64,000 nucleotides of DNA, from contig OZ244976.1 of NCBI GenBank assembly GCA_965222905.1, positions 7,056,020 through 7,120,019 on the forward strand, in the 5' to 3' direction. The notes below the pieces were generated by a model. That model did no database searches. It saw only the letters and a program-made list of their open reading frames with translations, and had not been told where the DNA came from. The stretch comes from Vicinamibacterales bacterium. GTDB lineage: Bacteria > Acidobacteriota > Vicinamibacteria > Vicinamibacterales > UBA8438. Shown here in pieces: positions 27,160 to 37,438 of the stretch. The position numbers and the translations under genes are program-made. The first letter of the stretch is position 1; every line of letters begins with the position of its first letter.

Positions 27160-29037
27160 CTACCTTGGCGGATCGGCGAAGACCAGGGTCTGCACCACGC
27201 GTCGGGTGTCGTTTGGCTGCACACCCTCGAGCGTCAGCTCCACCGGATCGGTCGTGTCGAACTCGAAGTCGTACGTTTCGCCGACGGAGATCTGCAGGTC
27301 CGCTCGCCGCATCGTGGCTGCGGATGCCGGCAGGTCGACCGCGTCCTTCGCCACCGGGCGCCATTCCACCGGAACGCCGGCCTGCCTCAGCGACACGCGC
27401 AGGTTCGCTACCGACGGCGTGATGTTCAGGAACCGGAACCGGTACTTCGTACCGGTCGCAAGCTCCATCGTGCGTGGTTGGGGGACGCCGTTCATCAAGA
27501 GCATCGCCGCTCCGAACGGTTCGCGCGGCGTCTGGCTGAACAGGAACGTCTTGTCGGTGGCGGGATCGTGCGTCCGTCCCGCAGGCATCACGATCAACGG
27601 GCCGTGAACCCCGCCCGTGAGCTGCCGTTCGTCGTGCCAGTGGGTGTGGTAGAGCATCGTTCCCGCACGCGGCGGCGTCATCCGGGCCACGAACGTCTGC
27701 CCGGGCCCCACGGGGGGCGCTCTCATGTCGCCGATCCCGGAGACAATCGGCACCCCGTCGTAGTAGCTCTCCAGCTCCATCCCATGCCAGTGGATGGCGG
27801 TGGCGTCATCGAGACGGTTGACCACCGCGATTTCCACGGGCTGGCCTTGCTCGAGCACGATCGCCGGGCCCGAAAGAGCCGGACCCGTCCGTTCGTCGGG
27901 CACCGCGTGGGCGAGGGTCCGATCGCTCAATGTCAGCTCGTAGAAGCGAGGGTCCCCGTTTCGCGCTCCGATCTCGAGCTCCAGCTTGCGCGCCCTCCGC
28001 CACACCTCCTCGGGTGTTTCCGTGTGAGGGCCCGTCACGGTGATCTCGACGATCATCCCGCCCATCCCTGCGTAGAGCGGATCGTCGTGCGCGTGCGCGT
28101 GGTCGTCGGCGACCATCACGTCCGCAGGATCCAGACCGACGGGGAGCCGCATGTGCGGCTGGCGGTGGCAATGGAACAGCCATCGGCCGGGCTCATGGGG
28201 CACCCAGGTCATCTCGAACGTCTCGCCGATCTCCACGTTGTGCGTGAAGACCAACGGGCGCTCGGCGGCATCGTACGGGCGGTAATGCTCGCCGTCGCCT
28301 ACCCCCTCGATGTTGAAGTGCAGGCCGTGCAGATGCATTGGATGGCTGAGGTCCGACGCGTTGACCACGCGCCAGTGGACGGGCTCGCCCCGCTGGTAGG
28401 TGAGCCGTTCGGTGAACGGCCACGATTTCCCGTTGATGGCCGTGCGCGTCGGTCCGTTCCAACGCTCGAGCACGAAGATCCGATCGTCCGTGGGGGCCCC
28501 GTGCGCGTCGACCACGAGGGCTCCCCCAGCCAAGGCGTCCGCGACCCGGCGGTCCCCTCGCAGACCATCGGGTGTTCGGGCCCAGTACAGATACGTGCCA
28601 GGATCGCCGGCCGCGAAGCGCATTTCGTGCCTCGCTCCTGCGTCCACGGTCACTACGTCGCCCGCGTCTGCCGGCCGCTCCTGCAATCCATGCAGGGTCG
28701 CGGGGATGGCGAGCGTGTTGTGCACGGAAACCTCGACGACAGTTCCCTCGGGCACGCGAACCAGCGGACCGGGAACCTGGAGCGGCTCTCCCTCTTCGCC
28801 GAACGCATAGACCGGAATGGCCTCACCGTCCTCACCCTCCGGGTGCCAGACGCCCCTGCGAAGCTCCAGTCGCAAGGTCAGAACGCCGTCTCGCAGCTCT
28901 CCGCCCGGCACCCGATTGTCGTTCGCCACGATGGACTCGAGGCTCTGTGCCAAGAGCGGGTCTGCTGCCCAGGCCGCAATCAGGCAGACGAAACCGGTCG
29001 CTGCAACGACGCTGAAACGTACGTGGAGACCGGTCAT
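27160..29037 (-). CDS. Multicopper oxidase (secreted), with copper-binding motifs in permuted order
   Basis: GGAGGAA RBS plus ATG at 29037 within track ORF 27160..29772, with a signal peptide. HPMHLHGLHF and FHCHRQPHM occur in the N-terminal half; IHWHGMEL and LYHTHWHD occur in the C-terminal half. Confidence 0.85.
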   Translation of the reverse strand: MTGLHVRFSVVAATGFVCLIAAWAADPLLAQSLESIVANDNRVPGGELRDGVLTLRLELRRGVWHPEGEDGEAIPVYAFGEEGEPLQVPGPLVRVPEGTVVEVSVHNTLAIPATLHGLQERPADAGDVVTVDAGARHEMRFAAGDPGTYLYWARTPDGLRGDRRVADALAGGALVVDAHGAPTDDRIFVLERWNGPTRTAINGKSWPFTERLTYQRGEPVHWRVVNASDLSHPMHLHGLHFNIEGVGDGEHYRPYDAAERPLVFTHNVEIGETFEMTWVPHEPGRWLFHCHRQPHMRLPVGLDPADVMVADDHAHAHDDPLYAGMGGMIVEITVTGPHTETPEEVWRRARKLELEIGARNGDPRFYELTLSDRTLAHAVPDERTGPALSGPAIVLEQGQPVEIAVVNRLDDATAIHWHGMELESYYDGVPIVSGIGDMRAPPVGPGQTFVARMTPPRAGTMLYHTHWHDERQLTGGVHGPLIVMPAGRTHDPATDKTFLFSQTPREPFGAAMLLMNGVPQPRTMELATGTKYRFRFLNITPSVANLRVSLRQAGVPVEWRPVAKDAVDLPASAATMRRADLQISVGETYDFEFDTTDPVELTLEGVQPNDTRRVVQTLVFADPPR

Positions 29038-29204
29038 GGAGTTCCTCCACCGACCGCGATGACCAGAGTGTAAGAACCCAATCCTACCAGACGGGCTGAC
29101 CGGGCGCAGGACGAACTTCAACCGCACGGGCGGGTTCAGGGGTCCCTGCCCCGAGCAGACCGGAGCGGGCGGTCCGCGTGATCGAGCTGGCAGAGCACGC
29201 GCCC

Positions 29205-31472
29205 TCAGAAGCGGAACGTGTATTGAAGTTTCGTGGCCAGCCTCGAGTCCTGTCTCCTGAAGTCGTAGCCTCGCTCGAGTTCCTGCACCCAGCCCTGACC
29301 GAATACGAAGAAAAGGTCGTTTCCCGGCTCTATGGTCCAGTGCACGCGGCTCTGGAGGCCGAGATTTCCGGATCGGTTGTCGAACTGGATCAGGTTGGAG
29401 AACGACAGGAAGGGCGAAACCGCATAGCTCACCTGGGAGCTGTAGATGCGGGCCACGAAATCTCCTTCCGGCAGGCTGGCGAACGTCTGGTTGGCATTGA
29501 AGCTGATCAGGAAGTTGGGAGGGAGCTTGTAGCTGAGGCCGGTCTGGATCTCCTTCGCGGCGCCCGACCAGTAGTTGCCGAACCGCAAGCCGATGCTGCC
29601 CTGGATCCGCCGCTTCTGCGCCGAGGTGAAGAAGATCCGCATGGGCATGAAGCGGTACTCGCCCGCGGGAAGCACGACGCCGGGCGAAATCTCGAACGGC
29701 TCGAACAGGCGCTCGTAGGTCGGGTTCAGGTCGAACAGGCTGTGCAGGGAGTCCCCGGAGTTCAGATGCCAATCGACCAGGGTGGCGTAGATGTCCCAGC
29801 TCTCGACCAAGCCGTTGTCCAGTCGGGTGAAGCGCGTGTAGAAGACGTCGTGGAACATCTGCTGAATGCCCGTCGACGGTCTCGGGCGCGGGTTGAAGCT
29901 GCCGGCGACCCGCAGCATCCGCACGTTGCTGCGCTGCACGAAACCGATCGCCGGATCGAAGTTCTCCTGAATTTCCCGCCAGAGAATCTGCGCTTCGAAC
30001 CTGTCGTTGGGATACTGCGCCCCGAAGCCATAGGACGAATTCTTGTCGGCGACGCCTTCGTTGTTGCTCGTGAGGCCGTAGGCGTTGAACACCACGTTTC
30101 GATTGCTGCCCAGGAAATCGGAAGTGGCCAGGCGCACGTCCACTCCCGCGGTGCTGCTCGAGAGCGCGGAAGCGGGATTGCCGCTCGTGAGAATGGCGCC
30201 CACGTACGACTGCTCCAGGAAGTTCTGCTTGACGCGCCCGACCGACAGGTTGCCGGCGTCCGCGTTCGTCACGTCGCGGGTGCGCACGTCGAGCATGCCG
30301 ATTTCAGTCCGGCCGACTCTCCCGGTCAGTTTGGCGCCGTAGTCGATCGGCACCTCTTGCCCCCCGAGCAGGCCGATCTTCCGGCTGAAGAACGGAAACA
30401 CTTCGGCTCCGGTACCGGGAATGCCGCCCGGCGGATCGATGCCGGTCGTGGCAAAGTTGAAGACGCCGGCATCCTGCAGGAAGAACGTCCGTTTCTCGGG
30501 AAAGAAGATGGAGAAACGCGTGAGATTGATCTGCCGCGCATCCACTTCCGTCTCGCCGAAGTCGGTGTTCGCGGTGACGGACAGCTTGAGACTCGGGGTG
30601 ATGTTGTAGAACACGTCCAGTCCCGGCTTTCCGACGACCGTGTCGCCGCCGGTGCCCGGACGCGGCCAGAGCCGCGCGATGAACGGGCGGACGTCGAGGC
30701 CGACACCTTGCTCCAGGCCTTCGAGATTCGTGATTTCGCCCGCTTCGGAGATCTGGAAGAACTGCGTTTGAAAACGTGCTCCCGTCCAGCGGTTCTCCTC
30801 CAGTTTTCGTTGAATGGTACGAGTGATGTTGAAGCCCCAAACGGTCTCACCCGATGGGAAGCTCAGGGTCTTGAACGGGATGGCGAATTCCGCGCTCCAC
30901 CCTTCGTCCGTGCGCGCGGTTCGCACGATCCAGATGCCGTCCCAGTCGTCATTCGTCTCACCGTTCGCAAACACCAGACCGTCGACCATGGCGCCGGCCG
31001 GATTGGTCGCAAAGTGGAAGGCGTTGCTCTGGTCGCGGAACGTGTCGAGCACGATGCCCAGCCGGTCATCCCCGTTCAAGCTCGCGTCCCGCGCCATCTG
31101 CGACGCCAGCACGCGGCGGGGCTCTGCGTCGTAGCACATGACGCCGATATAGAGGTTGTCGTTGTCGTACAGCAGCGTGACTTCGGTCCTCTCCGTGGGC
31201 ACTGCGCCGGCCACCGGGATTCTCTGGACCAGATCGCCAATCTTCGGTGCCTGTCGCCACGGCGCCTCGTCCAGCGACCCATCGATGACAATCTCCGAGG
31301 TGACCGCCGTTGCGACGGCCGATCTGACCGGGGCTGTCGGGCTGGTCTGTTGGGAAGCGGCGACGCCAAAAGCCGGCCCGACGATGCAGTGCCAGGCGCA
31401 GATCATCGCCACGGAGCCGATCCGGGCCGACAAATACCGCAGAACCGAGAGGCTATCCAAGAGTTTCTTCAT
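29205..31472 (-). CDS. CBM9-like/DUF5916 family outer-membrane-type protein
   Basis: Signal peptide, then IDGSLDEAPW...LYIGVMCYD...WDGIWIVRTARTDEGWSAEFAIPFKTL (carbohydrate-binding family 9-like), then a long beta-rich region ending ...KLQYTFRF (C-terminal Phe). The start could be 31487 or 31472. Confidence 0.7.
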   Translation of the reverse strand: MKKLLDSLSVLRYLSARIGSVAMICAWHCIVGPAFGVAASQQTSPTAPVRSAVATAVTSEIVIDGSLDEAPWRQAPKIGDLVQRIPVAGAVPTERTEVTLLYDNDNLYIGVMCYDAEPRRVLASQMARDASLNGDDRLGIVLDTFRDQSNAFHFATNPAGAMVDGLVFANGETNDDWDGIWIVRTARTDEGWSAEFAIPFKTLSFPSGETVWGFNITRTIQRKLEENRWTGARFQTQFFQISEAGEITNLEGLEQGVGLDVRPFIARLWPRPGTGGDTVVGKPGLDVFYNITPSLKLSVTANTDFGETEVDARQINLTRFSIFFPEKRTFFLQDAGVFNFATTGIDPPGGIPGTGAEVFPFFSRKIGLLGGQEVPIDYGAKLTGRVGRTEIGMLDVRTRDVTNADAGNLSVGRVKQNFLEQSYVGAILTSGNPASALSSSTAGVDVRLATSDFLGSNRNVVFNAYGLTSNNEGVADKNSSYGFGAQYPNDRFEAQILWREIQENFDPAIGFVQRSNVRMLRVAGSFNPRPRPSTGIQQMFHDVFYTRFTRLDNGLVESWDIYATLVDWHLNSGDSLHSLFDLNPTYERLFEPFEISPGVVLPAGEYRFMPMRIFFTSAQKRRIQGSIGLRFGNYWSGAAKEIQTGLSYKLPPNFLISFNANQTFASLPEGDFVARIYSSQVSYAVSPFLSFSNLIQFDNRSGNLGLQSRVHWTIEPGNDLFFVFGQGWVQELERGYDFRRQDSRLATKLQYTFRF

Positions 31473-31629
31473 TTGGCTGTCCGGCATGGCAGCGATAGTC
31501 GCCGCCGGCTATGCTGCCAGCGATGATAATGCATCGTAGAGCAACGGCGGTTCGACAGCCGCCGCCGCCAACGTCGGCGCCGAGCAGCCGATGCCTGTCA
31601 TGCCGTTCCACGCATTGGGGTTCGGGTGA

Positions 31630-31810
31630 TCAGGCCGCCCTCTCCTCGCCGTAGACTTCGGCCGGCGTGCGTCCCCCAGGGGCCGCGTGCGGGCGCTCGG
31701 AACCGTAGAACGTCATCCCCGCCGCGACAACCCGCTCGGCCGCGACCCCGTCGGCCAGCTCGTGAAGACACACCGCCTCGTCCTTCAGCGGCCGGCCACA
31801 GCCGCTCGAT
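31630..31810 (-). pseudogene. IS3-family transposase fragment (C-terminal end of the rve integrase core)
   Basis: LKDEAVCLHELADGVAAERVVAAGMTFYGSERPHAAPGGRTPAEVYGE* in ORF 31630..31863. Nothing upstream resembles the rest of the transposase. Confidence 0.5.
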
Positions 31811-31935
31811 GAAGACGTACGGTCGGCCCAGGCGCAGCAGGCTTTGGGCCTCGGGCCCCACAAGACCCTAAAAATGTCAAGGAAAACCCGGTCCTTGGGC
31901 TATACTCGCAAGTTCGAGCCGCAAGGAGCACGTCA

Positions 31936-33129
31936 ATGACAATGACAATCCGTCGATTCGTAGCGGCGGGAGCAGCCGCAACAATCATGGTCGCCGTGGG
32001 CCTGCTGGGCGCGAGCCAGATTGGCCTGTCGGGCCAGACCGCCGGCGGCCAGGCCGATGCATCAACCAGGACACCCTGGGGCGAGCCTGATCTGCAGGGC
32101 ATCTGGACCGACCCCTACGCGACGAACCTGCAGCGCCCCTCCAGCCTGGGGGAGCGAGAGTTCTATACAGAGGAAGAAGTCGCCGAGCTGGATCGTCGAC
32201 GTATCGAGAGTGACGTTCGCCCTCGCGCGGAGAGGGGGAGCATCGCGGACGTCGCCGGCGCCTATGACGGGGTGTACGTCTCCGTGCGGCCGACGGGGCG
32301 GCGCACGTCGCTCATCGTCGACCCGCCGGACGGGCGACTCCCCCCGCTGACGCCGGAGGTCCAGCAGCGGCGGGCGGCGCTGCGCGAATATGCGCTCGCG
32401 CTGAAGCAGAACACGGTGACGTGTCAGAACAAGGAAGGGGACTGCGCCGACGGGACCTACGGGCCACCGTCACCAAGACGCGAGGAGATGCCCCCGTCGT
32501 ATTCGACGATCAACTTGAATCGCGCCAACGGTCCCGAAGACCGGAGTTCGGGCGAGCGGTGCATGGCGACTCGGCTTCCGGTGTTCAACGGATACTGGCG
32601 GATCGTGCAATCGCCCGGCGTCGTCTCGATCTACTATGACGTCGGCCAGGGCCAGGGCTTCCATCGCACCATCCCGGTGACCGATCTTCCGCATCTCCCT
32701 CCGCAGGTCCGCGAACCCTTTGGGGACTCGCGCGGCCGGTGGGAGGGCGATACCCTGGTCGTCGATGTCACCAACTTCGAGCCGTATCTCGATTTTCAGA
32801 ATTCCCGCGAGAACCTGCATCTCGTCGAGCGCTGGACCCCGCTGGACGCCGACACGCTCGAGTACTCCGTCACGATCGAAGACCCGACGACGTGGACACG
32901 CCCCTGGACCACGACGCAGGCACTGGAGCGGCAGGACGGTCGGCTGAATCGGATCTACTACGAACCGCGATGTCACGAAGGCAATTTTGGAATGGTCGGG
33001 CTCCTGCAGGGCAATCGCGCGGTCGAGCAGGCATTTGCCGAGGGCCGGGGTCCGCATCCGGCCTCGTTCGACATCTCCTCGAACTCCGGCTCCCTTGGCA
33101 CGGGTATCAATGATCCGAGGGAGGACTGA
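31936..33129 (+). CDS. Secreted protein of unknown function (paralog 1)
   Basis: AAGGAG RBS and signal peptide. Shares PDLQGIW, ...GRWEGDTLVVDVTNF..., LHLVERWT...LEYSVTIEDPTTWTRPWT with the next gene. Confidence 0.7.
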   Translation: MTMTIRRFVAAGAAATIMVAVGLLGASQIGLSGQTAGGQADASTRTPWGEPDLQGIWTDPYATNLQRPSSLGEREFYTEEEVAELDRRRIESDVRPRAERGSIADVAGAYDGVYVSVRPTGRRTSLIVDPPDGRLPPLTPEVQQRRAALREYALALKQNTVTCQNKEGDCADGTYGPPSPRREEMPPSYSTINLNRANGPEDRSSGERCMATRLPVFNGYWRIVQSPGVVSIYYDVGQGQGFHRTIPVTDLPHLPPQVREPFGDSRGRWEGDTLVVDVTNFEPYLDFQNSRENLHLVERWTPLDADTLEYSVTIEDPTTWTRPWTTTQALERQDGRLNRIYYEPRCHEGNFGMVGLLQGNRAVEQAFAEGRGPHPASFDISSNSGSLGTGINDPRED

Positions 33130-33130
33130 C

Positions 33131-34096
33131 ATGCGAAACAGACTGCTGCGAGGATCGATGGCAGTGGCGACGGGGGTGGCGGTGGCCACCGTCGTCGCGT
33201 TGTCGGTGGCGCGACCGGCGAGCCAGGGTACGCGGGTCGACCGTATCGATGGCCGGCCGAATCTGAGCGGGATCTGGCAGGCCAACAACGAAGCGAACTG
33301 GGACCTCCAGGCCCATGAAGCCCGAGCCGGCGCGGTGATGCAGCCGGGCGTGTATCCGTACGACTTCGCCCAGGTGCCGGCGGCCCCGTCGCTCCCCTTT
33401 GGTGCGGCCGGCGGAGTTCCCGGATCGCTCGGTGTGGTGCAGGGCGACGGACAGATTCCGTACACACCGGAAGCCCTGGCACGGAAGCAGGACAACGCCG
33501 CGCACTGGCTGGACCGCGACCCGGAACTGAAATGTCAGCTTCCCGGGGTGCCACGGGCCATGTATATGCCCTACCCGTACCAGATCGTGCAGAGCACCGA
33601 GAAGATCCATATCTTCTTCGCGTTTTCGAATGCGGCGCGTGTGATTCATCTGGACGACGTGGACCCGGCGCCCATCCCGCAGTCGATGGGGCATTCGGTC
33701 GGTCGGTGGGAGGGAGACACGCTGGTCGTCGAAGTCGGGGACTTCAACGGCCAGACCTGGTTCGATCGCGCCGGTAACTTCCACAGTGACGCGTTGCGGC
33801 TGGTCGAACGCTTTACGCTGATCGACCAGCACGCCATCCAGTATGAAGTCACAATCGAGGACCCGAACGTCTTCACGCGGCCCTGGACAATCTCGATGCC
33901 GCTGTATCGTCGTCTCGAACCCAACATGCAGGTTCTTCACTACCGCTGCACGCCGTTCGTGGAGGAGTACCTGTTTGGTCATCTTCGCAACGAGCCGCTT
34001 GTCACCCGTTGGGAGGGGGAGACGATGATCGTGGAAATCAAGCGACCGGAAGAGATCTCTCCGGAGGCCAGTTATGAGCGAATCGGTGGACGCTAA
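33131..34096 (+). CDS. Secreted protein of unknown function (paralog 2)
   Basis: ATG at 33131, 1 nt after the previous stop. PNLSGIW, GRWEGDTLVVEVGDF, LRLVERFT...IQYEVTIEDPNVFTRPWT; clearly homologous to 31936..33129. Confidence 0.7.
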   Translation: MRNRLLRGSMAVATGVAVATVVALSVARPASQGTRVDRIDGRPNLSGIWQANNEANWDLQAHEARAGAVMQPGVYPYDFAQVPAAPSLPFGAAGGVPGSLGVVQGDGQIPYTPEALARKQDNAAHWLDRDPELKCQLPGVPRAMYMPYPYQIVQSTEKIHIFFAFSNAARVIHLDDVDPAPIPQSMGHSVGRWEGDTLVVEVGDFNGQTWFDRAGNFHSDALRLVERFTLIDQHAIQYEVTIEDPNVFTRPWTISMPLYRRLEPNMQVLHYRCTPFVEEYLFGHLRNEPLVTRWEGETMIVEIKRPEEISPEASYERIGGR

Positions 34097-35771
34097 GGCG
34101 AGGCATCGCGACCTCGTCTACCGCCTGAAGCGGCGGCCGAGGATGAGCCGGCTGGTCATGGCGCTATTGAGCGCCACGCTATTGTGTGCCGTCATCGTTC
34201 GCGCCTCACAGGCCACCGCCGGCCAGAGCCCTCCGGCACGGCCCACGGCTCCCGATCGAGCGTGTGGAGAGTTGGTCGGCCTGACCTTTGAAGGCAACAC
34301 GACCATTACCGCGTCGACGACAGTCTCCACGGGCGCCCTCGTCACGCCGACAGGCCAGAGTCTGACTGATCTTCCGGCGTTTTGCCGCGTGACTGGAGTC
34401 AGTCGGCCGACCAGCGATTCCGATATTCGTTTCGAGGTCTGGTTGCCGGCCGATTCATGGAACGGAAAGTTCGTGTCATCCGGAGAGGGTGGCTTCGCGG
34501 GACGGCTCAACTACACGCGTCTGGGCCTGGATGGCGGTCTCGACGAGTGGCTGAGGAGAGGCTACGCCACGGCGTCGACCGACACGGGGCATCGCTCGAC
34601 CGACGACAACTGGGCCGTTGGCCATCCGGAACGGGTCATCGACTACGCCTATCGGTCGAAACATCTCGTGACCGTGGCGGCGAAAGGCCTGATCGCAGCC
34701 TATTACGGACGACCGGCCACCCATGCCTACTTCAACTCCTGTTCGAATGGTGGACGCCAGGGCCTCATGGAAGTCCAGCGTTACCCGGGCGACTATGACG
34801 GGGTGGTGGTGGGAGCCCCGTGGAATTATCAGTCGCGTTCGAACGCGGGATTCGTCTGGGATGCACAGACGCTCGGTGCGTCAGGGGCGGCGATACCATC
34901 GTCCAAGCTGCCCGCCATCCAGGCTGCGGCGGTCGCCGCGTGCGATGCGACCGACGGGCTCGTCGACGGTCTGATCGAACAGCCGGACAAGTGCAGCTTT
35001 GCGCCCGAGGTCCTGCAATGCACCACGGCGGACAGCGACGATTGCCTGACGGAGGCGCAGATTGCGTCGTTGGGAAGACTCTACGGTGGTCCGAAGAATC
35101 CACGGACCGGCGCAGCCATCTTTCCTGGCTGGGCGATGGGCAGCGAGCGTGGCTGGGCGAGATGGGTCGACGCCGACGGCGTGACGAACCTCGGGCACTC
35201 GTACTTCTCGAACCTGGTGTTTGAAGATCCCGACTGGGACTATCGAACCTTCGATTTCGAAGAGGACCTGACCTTCGCCGAGTCAAGGGTCGGCTCCCTT
35301 GCCGACGCCATCGCCACCGATCTCTCGGCCGCGAAACGGCAGGGCGTCAAGATCATCCAGTATCACGGATGGAACGATCAGACACTGCAACCGGCTTACA
35401 GCCCAGGCTACTACGATCTCGTCACGGCGGAAATGGGTGGCCTGGCCGAGACCCAGGATTTCTATCGACTGTTCATGGTCCCCGGGATGGCGCACTGCTA
35501 CCGCGGCCCAGGGGCGAACAGCTTCGGAGGAGTCGGCCAACAGATCCCTCCCCAACGCGACGCCCTCCACGATGTCCAGCTCGCCCTGGAGAAGTGGGTA
35601 GAAACAGGCGTGGCGCCGGACCGGTTGGTTGCCACGAAGTACGTCGACGACGATGCGGACACGACGACCGTGGAGTTCACTCGCACGCTGTGCCCGTATC
35701 CGTCCGTCGCGCGATACAGTCAATCCGGGGATCCCGGCGAGGCCGTGAATTTCGCCTGCGCAAATCCGTGA
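34074..35771 (+). CDS. Tannase/feruloyl esterase family alpha/beta hydrolase
   Basis: GGAGG RBS before the ATG at 34074 and a long R-rich leader. FNSCSNGGRQGLMEVQRYPGDYDGVVVGAPW is the family signature around the catalytic Ser. C-terminal GMAHCYRGPG. Confidence 0.8.
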   Translation: MSESVDAKARHRDLVYRLKRRPRMSRLVMALLSATLLCAVIVRASQATAGQSPPARPTAPDRACGELVGLTFEGNTTITASTTVSTGALVTPTGQSLTDLPAFCRVTGVSRPTSDSDIRFEVWLPADSWNGKFVSSGEGGFAGRLNYTRLGLDGGLDEWLRRGYATASTDTGHRSTDDNWAVGHPERVIDYAYRSKHLVTVAAKGLIAAYYGRPATHAYFNSCSNGGRQGLMEVQRYPGDYDGVVVGAPWNYQSRSNAGFVWDAQTLGASGAAIPSSKLPAIQAAAVAACDATDGLVDGLIEQPDKCSFAPEVLQCTTADSDDCLTEAQIASLGRLYGGPKNPRTGAAIFPGWAMGSERGWARWVDADGVTNLGHSYFSNLVFEDPDWDYRTFDFEEDLTFAESRVGSLADAIATDLSAAKRQGVKIIQYHGWNDQTLQPAYSPGYYDLVTAEMGGLAETQDFYRLFMVPGMAHCYRGPGANSFGGVGQQIPPQRDALHDVQLALEKWVETGVAPDRLVATKYVDDDADTTTVEFTRTLCPYPSVARYSQSGDPGEAVNFACANP

Positions 35772-35887
35772 TCCGGGCGGATCTCGGCGGACGATGTGAA
35801 CTGCATCGAGATGAGCGCGCCGTGCGAGTGAACGCCGTACGCTCGTCGTGGGTATTTCGCTGAACGTGAACACTGATTCCGGCGAAC

Positions 35888-36100
35888 GTGGACGCTCGTC
35901 GGAGCGCAGCGATGCGGGAGGACCCGTTCGCCGACGTGTGGCAGTCGGAGGTTGTGCCGCAGTTGGTGGCGGATACGGAGGGACGGCTGCAGGTGCTGAC
36001 GCTGTTGACGGCGCTGTGCCGGCGGCATCCGGGCCACTTTCAGCCGGGGCAGCTACGGACGCTGCAGCGGCGGGTCCGCGACTGGCGGGTGCAGTTTTGG
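35888..36100 (+). pseudogene. DDE transposase/integrase C-terminal fragment (family uncertain)
   Basis: REDPFADVWQSEVVPQLVADTEGRLQVLTLLTALCRRHPGHFQPGQLRTLQRRVRDWR resembles the C-terminal tail of Mu/rve-type transposases. No catalytic core is present. Confidence 0.35.
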
Positions 36101-36623
36101 CTCCGCCCCGACCGCTACCGGCTGGAGCGCCAGTTGCCGGGCGGGATTCGCACCCGCTGGGAAACGGCGCCTTGTCACGGCGCACTGAATAAATTGGCTA
36201 ATACGAGCGTTCGACACATGGCAACCTCCTTGCCGGACCATGAACCACCGATCGCAGCCGACGCGCGAGGAGCAAGCGACCCTCAGTTCAACCGCACGCC
36301 CCACCTGTGAGCGCTAGCTGCGTCCAGCGCAATGGCCCAGCAGCATCGTGAACCCCTATTCACACAATGTCAAACACTGTTCACGAAGAGGAGGACGGGC
36401 TCATGCTCCAATAATTTGGATCTCTGCGTTTTCGTCAGATTCTGGCCAGGTCATCAAGGCGATGTCGACATCGACCGATGCGGCGCGTGGTTTGCGGGCG
36501 CAAGTCGGCTGAAGAGAGCTGCGTCTCCGACCGCGAGGTTCCGCGCGCAGCCCACCGTAACCCGTCAACGTGCCACCCGCGTGACGCCGCGCACGCAGAT
36601 CGCGTCTTATCTTGTCTATCGAT

Positions 36624-37319
36624 CTACGAGACTTCCCCGGACGAGCTGAGCAACCCCCGCAACAGTGTCTCAGTGAACGCCGTCGCGCACGTCTGGTACT
36701 GATGCCGGTCCGGATCATCCAACCACAGATCCACAAAGGTGCTGGTCACGGTCATGAAAGCGACCGCGAGATGGTACGCGTCGCCCTTCACGAACAAACC
36801 GCGGTCCATTCCGCTCTGAAATACGGCCGCGAGCCGGGCCCGAAGCAGATCGCGGAGATCGTTGCTCAGTTGTTCCGTCGCCCCGCAGAGTCCCAATTCC
36901 GGACAGCCCATAGTCTGCATGTAGAACCGCGCCATCTTCACGTTACTAGCGACGAACTCGCCATTGACCCGGACATAGTTGCGTAGCGTCGACGGCTCGT
37001 CGTGGCCGTCTCGAAGCGCCGGCAAGGCAACCGAGCGGAAACTCTCGGTGAACCGCCGCACAAGCTCTTCGTAGAGCGCCTGCTTACTCGGGAACAGATT
37101 GTAGACTGACCCGATGGCGACCTCTGCCCTCTCCGCAATTGCATTCATCGGCGCGCGTTCGTATCCGTGTTCAGAGAACACTTCGAGTGCGGCGTCGAGT
37201 ATGTCGTTCTCATACAACGCCCGCACTCGCTCTTTGCGTCTGATTCTCGGCAACAGCTTGTGTTCTTGGTCATCGTTCCGGACCACGGTCAATCGATGCT
37301 GGCTTCCCCTGCTCGCCAT
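36624..37319 (-). CDS. TetR/AcrR family transcriptional regulator
   Basis: N-terminal HTH ILDAALEVFSEHGYERAPMNAIAERAEVAIGSVYNLFPSKQALYEELV. Confidence 0.85.
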   Translation of the reverse strand: MASRGSQHRLTVVRNDDQEHKLLPRIRRKERVRALYENDILDAALEVFSEHGYERAPMNAIAERAEVAIGSVYNLFPSKQALYEELVRRFTESFRSVALPALRDGHDEPSTLRNYVRVNGEFVASNVKMARFYMQTMGCPELGLCGATEQLSNDLRDLLRARLAAVFQSGMDRGLFVKGDAYHLAVAFMTVTSTFVDLWLDDPDRHQYQTCATAFTETLLRGLLSSSGEVS

Positions 37320-37438
37320 TTCTTGGCCACCTCCCGTGTGAGTCGGTCCATAGTCTCAAGCTCGTCCCGGACGCTCCCAGGCAAGCACCATTATACTGCT
37401 CGTTGCGTCGGATCGATGGCGGTCGGCACGCATCGTGA

